DNA of 63,998 bases, counting the filler, from Stramenopiles sp. TOSAG23-3 (Eukaryota): NCBI GenBank assembly GCA_900128585.1. It is 17 parts of 17 records of this genome, joined end to end, with 100 filler letters (N's around TTAATTAATTAA, not from the genome) between each part and the next. Parts side by side here need not be neighbours in the genome. Positions count along the whole stretch, not along the records: positions 34,148 to 37,829 come from LT644122.1; positions 37,930 to 41,611 come from LT644123.1; positions 41,712 to 45,392 come from LT644124.1; 14 more parts are not named here. The stretch is one strand, 5' to 3'. Positions 34,291-44,249 of the stretch are shown here, piece by piece (within the stretch, counting starts at the first letter, position 1; every line of letters begins with the position of its first letter). Both the position numbers and the translations under genes were made by a program. The notes below the pieces were generated by a model, which worked only from the letters and a program-made list of their open reading frames with translations, searched no databases and had not been told where the DNA came from.

Positions 34291-34655
34291 GAGTTCGTTG
34301 CAAGCCGCTGACAGTTCTTTAAGTTAGTAGCTTTCGTGAAGTTTACGCAAGTCGAGTTTGTTGCAAGCCGTTGACAATTCTTTAAGTCTTCTAGTAGCTT
34401 TCGCATAGCGCCCGTGAAGTTTACGCAAGTCGAGTTCGTTGCAAGCCGCTGACAGTCCTTTAAGTTAGTAGCTTTCGCATAACGCCCGTGAAGTTTACGC
34501 AAGTCGATTTCGTTGCAACCGAAGCCGCTGACAGTTCTTTAAGTTAGTAGCTTTCGCATAAGCCCCCGTGAAGTTTGCGCAAGTCGAGTTCTTTGCAACA
34601 GAACCCTCTCCGTATCACATAGCAGCTCTAAGACCAGCCGCTGACAGTTCTTTTG
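34291..34655 (+). repeat. Degenerate tandem minisatellite, ~74-80-bp unit, about 4.5 copies
   Basis: Units start ~34291, 34351, 34429, 34503, 34583; consensus GTCGAGTTCGTTGCAAGCCGCTGACAGTTCTTTAAGTTAGTAGCTTTCGCATAGCGCCCGTGAAGTTTACGCAA. Confidence 0.93.
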
Positions 34656-34747
34656 TAGAAGTCTCGTTACCTACAGCCTTTAGAAGCTACTCCCGCGAAG
34701 GCTGCGATAAGACGTACTTTGCCGTTGGATACGCGTAGGCTTTCAAA

Positions 34748-36337
34748 ATGAAAATCATTTCCAGTGTTTTATTTGTCGCTAGCTTCGTCGGGGTTGCACT
34801 GGCGGCCGAGTGGGACTGCTCTGCTACCACCGGGGTATTTGAACGAAGTACGGACTGTACTATGACGGACGAAGTTGACGTTTCAGGAGACTTGACCGTG
34901 ACGGGGAACGAGACGGTGTACTCTACGCTGATAGCAGCGAGCTCGAAGAGGCATTTTAAAATCACCAGTGGAGCGCACACACTGAGATTAAAATGGTTGA
35001 ACATGACAGGTGGGGATATCAGTGGGAACAGCGGAGGTGACAAAAATGGCGGTTCCATTTTTGTTAACAGCGCAGCTGCCCGTTTGAACATATCTTACTG
35101 CGTATTTTTGGATAACACAGCATCATCTGGAGGTGGTATATGGAGCACAGGTACCACTATATTACATAATACCCTTGTTTCCCGGAACACAGCTACAGTT
35201 AGAGGCGGCGGGATATATCAGAAGCAGGGGTCGATCGAAATATATCGCTCAGAAATATGCAAGAATACACAAACAGATACAGATACAGGATTAAACTGTG
35301 GTGGCGGTGGTTTGGCCACAATTCTGAATGCCGTGGTGACCATACGAGGAAGTACCTTTGATCAGAACCGTGCTGTGAACAGCGGTAATGGACACCAGAT
35401 CTTCGTATACAAGCAGAGTGGTGATGTTGCCTCTGTGACTGTTGTGAATACACGGTTTGTTGTTTCCAGCAGTGGGACAAACTTTTATGTATACGACCAA
35501 GACAATTTTGGAAACAGTGGGGCTGCCGCGTACGCCAGTTTGTCACGCAAAACATGCTCCGATGCCGACCCCTGCACAGTAGCCCCGTTCACTGGAAGCT
35601 GCACTGACCGCACTGATAATGCAGATTACGGCGTTACTTGCGCGTATTCCTGCGGTTCTGGCACGTACGGCACTGTGAGTGCAAATTCGTTACCACCTGC
35701 CCCGACGTGCACCACGTGGTCATCTTGCACAGCAGGGGAGTACATTTCCTCGAACGGAACCAATATCACCGACCGTGTATGCTCGTCTTGCGGTACCGGA
35801 GAATATTCCGCGACTACCAACGAAGATTCATGCACCCCTTGGACCTCTTGCACGGCCGGAGAGTACATTTCTTCGAATGGAACCAATACCACCGACCGCG
35901 TATGCACACCTTGCGGTGCCGGAGCATATTCCGTGAGTGCCAACGAAGGTTCATGCACGCCATGGGCGAATTGCGTAGCAGGCCAAAAGATAGCCGTCAA
36001 CGGCACAAGCAGCACCGACCGCACCTGCGAAGCATGCACGACGGGGCAATTTTCTACCGCGTCCAACCAGAACACCTGCGCGAATTGGACCGTATGCAAT
36101 GCCACCACCGAAGTGGAAAGCAGCGCAGGTTCTGCCACCGCGGATAGAGTGTGCGCTTTGGCCGGCAGCCCGTCGCCATCACCGGCAGGAAGGTCGCCAT
36201 CGCCGGCAGCCAATACTTCCACCACTGCTATACCCAATAAACTGAGCGCTGCCAGTCGCTCCGGGCCAACTATATACCTCTACGGAGTATTGATGGCATC
36301 GACGTGGTTTGGAATGGAGCGTCGGTTGCGGTTTACC
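34748..36337 (+). CDS. Surface protein module 1: signal peptide, PMP-like beta-helix repeats (GG-x-I...F-x-x-N), Cys-rich 42-aa repeats, Ser/Pro linker, GPI-signal-like tail; no stop before module 2
   Basis: MKIISSVLFVASFVGVALA; NGGSIF, FLDNTASSGGGI, RGGGIY, FDQNRA; CTAGEYISSNGT repeats; SPSPSP; SAASRSG plus hydrophobic stretch. Confidence 0.8.
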
Positions 36338-37829
36338 ATGATTCGTCTCTTTTTGTTCGCTAGCTTCGTCGGGGTGGCGCTGGCAGAGGCAGAGTTTGAG
36401 TGGTCGGGAGCCATATCTACCACAGGAACAGAACCTACGGCGCGTAATACTCACACCTCGGTGGTCTATGGCGATTTTATGGTTGTGTTTGGTGGGTCGG
36501 ATGGTAGTCGCAAAAACGACCTTCACAAATTGGATTTGACAGATAATTCATGGTCTGGTGCCATATCCACCACGGGAACAGAACCTTGGGCGCGTGTTTA
36601 CCACACCTCGGTGGTTTATGGCGATTATATGTTTGTGTTTGGTGGGTTTGGTGGTGCAACCCTCAACGACCTTCACAAATTGGATTTGACAGATAATGCA
36701 TGGTCGGGTGCCATATCTACCACGGGAACAGAACCTACGGCGCGTTATGCTCACACCTCGGTGGTCTATGGCGATTTTATGTTTGTGTTTGGTGGCCTAG
36801 ATAATTCCAATACAAAACTCAACGACCTTCACAAATTGGATTTGACAGATAATTCATGGTCAGGAGCCATATCTACCACGGGAACAGAACCTACGGCACG
36901 TATTAGTACTCACACCTCGGTGGTCTATGGCGATTTTATGTTTGTGTTTGGGGGTGATGATGGTAGTCTCAAAAACGACCTTCACAAATTGGATTTGACA
37001 GATAATACATGGTCTGGTGCAATATCTACCACGGGAACAGAACCTACGGCACGTCGTTACCACACTTCGGTGGTCTATGGCGATTTTATGTTTGTGTTTG
37101 GTGGTTATGATGGTACAAACAGTCTCAACGACCTTCACAAATTAGATTTGACCAGCAATGCATGGTCTGGTGCCATATCCACCATGGGAACAGAACCTAC
37201 GACACGTTGGTGCCACACTTCGGTGGTCTATGGCGATTTTATGGTTGTGTTTGGTGGGTCCGATACAGGCCTCAACGACCTTCACAAATTGCAACTGCCA
37301 TCCTTAGCCTGCCCAGAAGGCCACTACTGCCCCGATTTATCCTCACAAAATAAAATTGCATGCCCACTGGGAACCTACAACAACTTAACGAATCAAACAG
37401 AGTGCAAAAATTGTTCCAGTGGGTTTTATTCCAATGCGACGGGTGAAACCTCATGCAAAGAATGCGAAAGCGGAAAGTACAATCAAGATAACCGTACAAC
37501 CTGCTGGCTTCATTCGGCATCGTGTTCCATGGGGTATTTTAAAGGTTCTGGGTCCACCATCAGCGATACTTGTGAAGCATGAGTAGACGGTCAGTACCAA
37601 AGCAGTGGAAGCTATACCGGTGGAAGCTGTACACCGCGGACAAATTGCACCGCCGGCCATCGCATCTCTGCCAACGGAACGAGTACCTCGAATCGTGTTT
37701 GCAGCAGTTGTATGGCTGGAAAATATTCCACCACCGCCAACGCTTTCTCTTGCACCGCGTGGACAACTTGCGTAGCGGGTCAGAAGATAACCGTCAACGG
37801 TACAGGCAGCGCAGACCGTACCTGCGAAG
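36338..37829 (+). CDS. Surface protein module 2: signal peptide, six Kelch repeats, Cys-rich stalk with an in-frame TGA at 37580-37582; 3'-truncated
   Basis: MIRLFLFASFVGVALAEA; 6x WSGAIST.GTEP..R..HTSVVYGD.M.VFGG...NDLHKL; same frame continues after TGA as VDGQYQSSGSYTGGSCTPRTNCTAG...DRTCE. Confidence 0.85.
36401..37296 (+). repeat. Six near-identical 150-156-bp coding tandem repeats (Kelch blades)
   Basis: Units begin near 36401, 36551, 36701, 36857, 37010, 37163; long stretches such as AACGACCTTCACAAATTGGATTTGACAGATAAT are identical between units. Confidence 0.97.
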
Positions 37830-37929
37830 NNNNNNNNNNNNNNNNNNNNNNNNNNNNNNNNNNNNNNNNNNNNTTAATTAATTAANNNNNNNNNNNNNNN
37901 NNNNNNNNNNNNNNNNNNNNNNNNNNNNN

Positions 37930-38001
37930 TTCTTCTTCTTCTTCTTCTTCTTCTTCTTCTTCTTCTTCTTCTTCTTCTTCTTCTTCTTCTTCTTCTTCTT
38001 C
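37930..38001 (+). repeat. (TTC)n microsatellite at contig start
   Basis: Direct observation. Confidence 0.95.
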
Positions 38002-38149
38002 GTTTTTTTTTATTTATTGCGTGTTGTTTCTTTTGAAACGTTCAACTAGTCGTGCATGTAGCACGAGTAGTTGTTGTTAGTTATACATGAGGTTGTTTTA
38101 TTATTGTATATTGTGTGATTCAACGGTTATTAATTTTATCATAGTTTAT

Positions 38150-38578
38150 TTAGTATTTTTCTTTATAGCAATTCGTCATACAGCATTTTTGCTGCTTTGT
38201 GCTAACCGCCCACACCAGATGTTGCACCGTCCATATATATATCAACGTCATATATACCGAAAAAATATAAAAACGCCACCACCATTTCGTCTTGTCATCA
38301 TTAATGTCAAAAAAATTTCTTTTCATTAATATTTCCTCTTTCATTTTGAATTGCTCCTCTTTCATTTTTAATTGCTCTTCTTTCATTTCTAAAAGCATCT
38401 CTAACAAATCACCATTTGTTGTTTCTAACATGACACTCTTTGACAACTCATTTTGACGGTAGAGCATTTGTATTTCTTTTAAGTTAGACATTTTGTTGGT
38501 TGCTTCTATTGTTTGAATGGTTTGTTTAGATAGTGTTCGTTTGACAACGTGCTGATGGTGCTGTTGTGAGTGGTTCAA
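38150..38578 (-). CDS. Small AT-rich hypothetical protein (MKEEQ repeats plus one C-terminal TM helix) between direct repeats
   Basis: ORF with EMKEEQLKMKEEQFKMKEE and WWWRFYIFSVYMTLIYIWTV; start codon uncertain. Confidence 0.4.
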   Translation of the reverse strand: MNHSQQHHQHVVKRTLSKQTIQTIEATNKMSNLKEIQMLYRQNELSKSVMLETTNGDLLEMLLEMKEEQLKMKEEQFKMKEEILMKRNFFDINDDKTKWWWRFYIFSVYMTLIYIWTVQHLVWAVSTKQQKCCMTNCYKEKY

Positions 38579-39987
38579 CTAGTCGTGTGCATGTAGCACG
38601 AGTAGTTTGTGTGCGTGTAGCACGAGTAATTGTTGTTAGTTATTGCGTGTGGTTGATTCTACAGTTGTTAATAGTATTATCTGAATCAACGGTCATAATT
38701 ATCGTCCCTATGAAACCGCCGCCGAATCGGGGGTGAATTATACAGGGATAAATATTATTTTACAAAAAATTTCTATTTTTAATAATTAGTAATTGGGGAG
38801 AGAAAAAGTCTGTATTTTTTTGATGGCGTATGCGCCGTAATTATAACAGCTATTTTCTAAATAGTTTTTTTAATATATTAATACTCCGTTTTTGTCTTAT
38901 GATTCAACAAAATCTATAATATCAACATTTTCAAAATCTGGAATAGTTGAGTAAAAGAGTTTTACTCTTAAAATTATTATTTATTGAAGTAGAACAAATT
39001 TATATTTGAAGTAGTTTGGGAGAGAAAAACCTGTGATTTTTGCTTTTTCTAAATAGTTTTTTTATATATTTAGTTTTGCATGACTCTAAAAAAATACAGG
39101 GTATTTCTCTCCCAAAATACTCAAAATTAAAAAAATAATATTTTCAAAATCTTTAATACTTGAGATTTTTTTAAAAAGACAGGGATTGTGATTTGATGGC
39201 GGTCGGGTTGAGCTAGTGGAGTGGTTGGTTGGAAGTTTCAACGTTTTTTTGCGGTATTTGCTTTTTTCTCTTATATAAATACCCATTTTCCGCAAGAAAA
39301 CCTAGACATTAGCGAATATCTAACTCAACCGCCCATTATTGCCAAAAAATTTTATGTAGTTTCGGCTGTAATTTTAATTTACTATAAGAAACGCCGCTAA
39401 ATTTAATGGTTTTTTAATAGAGATTAGGCAAAACGTTGATATTAATCTAGCTGGTACGCCACGCCCCGCCTCCAAATTCCGTTTTCCGCCCTAATTTCCG
39501 CCTCAATTTTACAACAGCTTTTATCGTCTCAAAAGTGAAAAAATAGAAAAACTAACTCCCGCACCTATGCTATTCCCATATTAGCGTTTTCAATGGTGTC
39601 TTCCTATAATAATAATAAGTTCTTTTTATATTGTTTTTCTATATGTTCTAATTTCCTCCCTGCTGTGTCAATGTTCCTCCCCCGAAACCCCTGCTGTCTC
39701 CCTACTAAATCAAAAAAGATTGTCTTTTCCTTATTATCCTTAACACCTTAAATGCCAATGATATTTACCTGTTATTTTGTTGTAGTTATTAGCAGGAAGT
39801 AGTATTGTCAAATATAGGGCGAGGATTACGTTCTGAATAATATTATTGTTTGTTGAATTGTTTGTTTTGCATTTGTCAGACTTTTATATATTTTTGTACA
39901 TGTGGTACGTATAAGATATGGGGGGGAAAAAATCGTGAGTCAGTATACTGTATCATTACATTGCATAGAAAAACAGAAAGCACAGTC

Positions 39988-40699
39988 ATGGCCTCGGTTG
40001 CAGCGGGAGGCCCGAGCGATAGCGAAGGAGCCGGGAAGAAAGCAAAACGAAGCGAGGGATCGGAAGATGCGAAACAGGGGGGATTCCAATACATATTTGA
40101 CATAATATCAACGGAGGTACTTAAATTTTTGGATGACAATACAGATCCGAAAACTGTGGCTGCGTTGCAAACTCTTGGGAAAAGATACGAAGGCTGCCTT
40201 GGTGAAACGTTAGCCGTTGCTAAAAAGGTTCATGAAGTTATCGAGAGATACCGTGTTATGTATAACCTGGAGTTTACTTGTCCTCTTATCGAGGCAGCAA
40301 GTAGTGGCAAAATAGAAGACGTGAAAATTCTCCTGTCGCAAACTGGAATAGACGTCAACGAACAAGATGATGAAGGCAATAGTGCATTGTTAGAAGCGTC
40401 AAAAGAAGACCATGCCGACATAGTGAACCTTTTGTTAAAGCAGCCGTGTATCGATATAAACCAAGAGAACAATGTAGGGGTTACCCCACTGCATATGGCA
40501 GCATCTTCTTGGTCGTCCCATGAAATCGTTGGGTTGCTGTTGAGCTTTCCTAATATTCAAGTAAACCGGCAAGATGAACTTGGTAGAGCACCGCTGCACA
40601 AAGCTGCAAATTATGCTTGCAATGAAGTAATCAAGATACTTTTGAATCATCCAGCTATTCAAATCAATCTAGAGTCCAATAGAGGACGGACACCCTTGG
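39988..40699 (+). CDS. F-box-like plus ankyrin-repeat protein, interrupted by an N gap
   Basis: VLKFLDDNTDPKTVAALQTLGK; ankyrin motifs GNSALLEAS, GVTPLHMAA, GRAPLHKAA, GRTPL. Confidence 0.88.
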
Positions 40700-40929
40700 N
40701 NNNNNNNNNNNNNNNNNNNNNNNNNNNNNNTTATTTAAATTTATCTTCTTGTTATACCCACAAGAAAGTGAACCTGCTCCTTTTGTCCGATTAAAGGTTT
40801 ACGTTCCTTCATACACTGCGAATTTATCTCTGCTCCTGTGATTTTGCTAATCAATTATAAACTCTTGTCACTTAGTCTTGACTATCATTCTCTGATGTAC
40901 TCCATGCATAATCGGTATGGGTATTTGGA

Positions 40930-41460
40930 TTAACATAAAATATCAATCGCTGACTTGGCGTCAGCACTGGTTAACCCTAATCCTGAATTGCATCGAACAA
41001 AGTGGCCGGGCTGCGCCCAACCGGTTAGATCCGCATCGTCTAAACACACGTAACGTTTCACATTCTGGTTTTGGTTCAAAAACTCTTCGATTTCCTTTAC
41101 TCTGTTCTGTGTTCCCATTCCAAGGATTGGAGTACAACCAATGATTGGCGTCGAAATACCATGCTTTGCAAGCTGGAAGGCGACCGCCGCTTGACCACAA
41201 CGAGTCTCACGCCAAGTCGATGACAGCACAATCTTTGCGCTGGTTGTCGAAACTATGTGGCACAAATGATGCATGTTTTCTTCCAAAAATTCCCCCTCTA
41301 CGGGTGGAGACGTGTAACTGGGTTCTTCGCCGTGTTCCATGTCCGAGTCCGCACGTGCAACAAGGTCGTCTAGCTTGGCAAGCTTTGGCAAATGCTTCTC
41401 GTTCAGCGGGTGCAAGACACCATCAACGTCGAGAAATATAACCACGGTGTCTTCCTCCAT
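40930..41460 (-). CDS. HAD-superfamily protein of the 'Swiss Army Knife RNA repair-like' (HAD_SAK_2) type
   Basis: VIFLDVDGVL, KIVLSSTWR, GCTP, R..EI, YVCLDD, GLT...A..AI.IL. Confidence 0.88.
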   Translation of the reverse strand: MEEDTVVIFLDVDGVLHPLNEKHLPKLAKLDDLVARADSDMEHGEEPSYTSPPVEGEFLEENMHHLCHIVSTTSAKIVLSSTWRETRCGQAAVAFQLAKHGISTPIIGCTPILGMGTQNRVKEIEEFLNQNQNVKRYVCLDDADLTGWAQPGHFVRCNSGLGLTSADAKSAIDILC

Positions 41461-41711
41461 AACACAACACACACACGTTCTTTCAGATCATTCGGTTCAT
41501 TTCCTTCAATATTCCTAAGTTTAATAATACTAGAGTTTGGTCGTCTATATACGTATCTTGATTGAACAGGATGAAAAAAAGGTCGGCCTCGTCGTCGTCG
41601 TGCGTCAATTANNNNNNNNNNNNNNNNNNNNNNNNNNNNNNNNNNNNNNNNNNNNTTAATTAATTAANNNNNNNNNNNNNNNNNNNNNNNNNNNNNNNNN
41701 NNNNNNNNNNN

Positions 41712-41783
<72 letters not shown>

Positions 41784-41809
41784 GAAAGAAAGAAAGAATG
41801 AATGAATGA

Positions 41810-41872
<63 letters not shown>

Positions 41873-41917
41873 GAAAGGAAAGGAAAGGAAAGGAAAGAAG
41901 AAAGAAAGAAAAGAAAG
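41712..41917 (+). repeat. (GAAA)n/(GGAAA)n microsatellite at contig start
   Basis: Direct observation. Confidence 0.95.
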
Positions 41918-42605
41918 AACTCCTTCCTCCTTCCTCCTCCCTCTCTCTCTGTTGTTATATCTTAAGATCTTAAGTAAATCTCCTTCCTCCTCTTCATAAT
42001 ATAAATATACTATATAGTCCTATTAATCATTGTAATACGTACGGTACTTCAGCCTCTCTCCTTCTATTTTAAACTCTTCTTCTTTAATAGTAAAAATTTA
42101 ATCTCTTCTTCTCTTCTTCTGCGTAAATCCGTCTTATATATAATCTAATTAAGGATTAATTAATTAGGGAATATATACTTTGGTTTCCACAAAAATTATA
42201 TACATATGATTAATACATCCAAACGACAAAGTATTTTCGCAAAGGAATTAATCTTAATGAATGTAATAATACATTAATCCTTACTTACGTAATAATAAAA
42301 AAAGCGACGCGGCATCATGCAAACTAACGCCATCATCACCACGTGTCAACAAGAAAGAAAAGAAAGATTTAGAAGAAAACGCATACAAATGAATTTTAGA
42401 AAGAAATTGTTTAAACTTAATTTAATTACACACACCCATCTTGTCCAGCACTACTCCATCGGTATTATTTGATAGGCAGTGTTGGTTGTATAGAAGGAAA
42501 CGTACTTTCGTTTCGTGCTTCTTTCTTTTTTTAAAGTTTTACTGTTACTTCGGTTCGTGTTCTTCCGTTCCTCTCTCGCCACCACCACCTTACGTCAGCA
42601 ACGCC

Positions 42606-43658
42606 ATGTCGGGAATGTACGAGCTTATTTTCTACATGTTTGTGGTCGCGCCGGGGGCGCGGTGGTTCATTGAAAAGAAAGGGGTCGTGTCCGCGGTTGG
42701 ATTTCTGTCCGTTTTGTCGCTGGTTCAGGTGTACTTTCAGCACATTCACTTTGCGGAGCCAAACTTCTACCGCACGCTGAACGTCTACCGGGACGCCACC
42801 GGCAGCCAGGTCAAGCGGGCCTACCGCCAGGTCAGCCTGCAGTACCACCCGGACAAGCTGGTGGGCGCCACGCCGGAGGAGCAGCAGTTTGGCAAGATCA
42901 TGATGGAAAAGGTGCACATTGCATACGAAGTCTTGAAAGACGGAAGGAAGAAAATGATATACGACCGCCACGGAATCAGCGGCCTCGAAGGCTTCGAGTC
43001 GAGCCCCGGGGACAGAGACCACGAAAATTCGGCGCTTATGGGGATGGGGATACACTACATGATGACCGCCGTCATGACCTTCCTCATGACCCTTGGCAGC
43101 GGCTCCAACTCCGCGCGAACGTACTGTTACACTGCCCTTATTATAATGTTTTTGATAGAATGGCAGTGCAAGTTTGATGATTTCGACTTTTTCGTCGCCG
43201 CGCTCCCGTACGACTCCCCGTACGACAAGATCCAAATCCTACACTTGCTTTACCCGGCCTTCATGGTCGGGGCGCGCCTGATCGCCGAGATGACGTTCGT
43301 CGACCGGGAGGGCTTGCTCATGGCGCACGTCGTTAATCTGCGAAGGGAGAACGTCGCCATCATGGAGCGGCTCAATTTCATCACGGCAGCAATACAGAAG
43401 AGGGGGGGGGCAAAAGGCATTAGTGCCGCAGCGGACGACGCCAAGGCCAGCCCGAACAAGCTGCCCGACACCCCTGCTGTAAGCGAGCTGCGGAATCGGG
43501 CGAAGCGGGCAGATGCGCCGCCGGGAGCGCGAGTCATGTCCAAGGAGGACGAAAAGATTGCTGCCGCGCAGAAAAAAGCAGCGAGCGCATGGCCAAGTAT
43601 TCCGAGCCCTGTTATGTACCTTGGGTTTTACTTTTTGATCAATTACATTTTGAAGTAA
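42606..43658 (+). CDS. Membrane-anchored J-domain (DnaJ class C) protein
   Basis: NFYRTLNV...VKRAYRQVSLQYHPDK...AYEVLKD...YDRHG flanked by hydrophobic helices. Confidence 0.92.
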   Translation: MSGMYELIFYMFVVAPGARWFIEKKGVVSAVGFLSVLSLVQVYFQHIHFAEPNFYRTLNVYRDATGSQVKRAYRQVSLQYHPDKLVGATPEEQQFGKIMMEKVHIAYEVLKDGRKKMIYDRHGISGLEGFESSPGDRDHENSALMGMGIHYMMTAVMTFLMTLGSGSNSARTYCYTALIIMFLIEWQCKFDDFDFFVAALPYDSPYDKIQILHLLYPAFMVGARLIAEMTFVDREGLLMAHVVNLRRENVAIMERLNFITAAIQKRGGAKGISAAADDAKASPNKLPDTPAVSELRNRAKRADAPPGARVMSKEDEKIAAAQKKAASAWPSIPSPVMYLGFYFLINYILK

Positions 43659-44249
43659 AAGAAGGCCCGCAGTGGAAAGCCTTCCTGGTAAATGGGACAC
43701 GTGGCTCTCTCTCTCCCGGCAGCATTTTCGACTTAGTATGTGTGGAACGGGTAGATTGCAGATAAAAGTGAAGTTCTTAGGGAGATTTTTCTTTGTGTCG
43801 TAAAGAGGGGTGTTTATTTTTAAACCCCATATTAATTTTCGCGTGGACACAGTATTGCTATATATGTATTTTTTTATGATAATAAATTACACAGACAATT
43901 ATATATTCGTTTTTAAAAAAATGGATAACTTAGTAAAATGAAATGAAGTTTACAGGTACATGCACTGAAGAGGCGGATATTTTCGCATGGTCTTTCCGCG
44001 CGATCTCTCTCCTAAAAACCGGTACCACTCCGTTTTCCTCTACTGTTTTGGTTGGTGCTGAGGGTAACTCCATGGTGCAGTGTCAAGTGACAGAAATTCT
44101 AAAATATGTACAAAATGGTGCATGGGTTACTTGGTAATACGCTCACAAAAAAAAGCGTGTAAAAAAAAGTAAGCGTCTCCTCTTGGAGTTGTTGTCGCAG
44201 CGGCGAATACGAATTCGTTGTTGGGGCCAGGCCAAAAAACCTCCTTCGC

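Noticed and set aside
34291..34655. Possible CRISPR array
   Set aside because: Units are contiguous imperfect tandem copies without unique spacers; no cas genes; eukaryotic context.
41802..41999. Short ORFs made of K/E/R or L/S/F runs (also 33459, 44928, 49029)
   Set aside because: Translations of microsatellites and low-complexity intergenic DNA.
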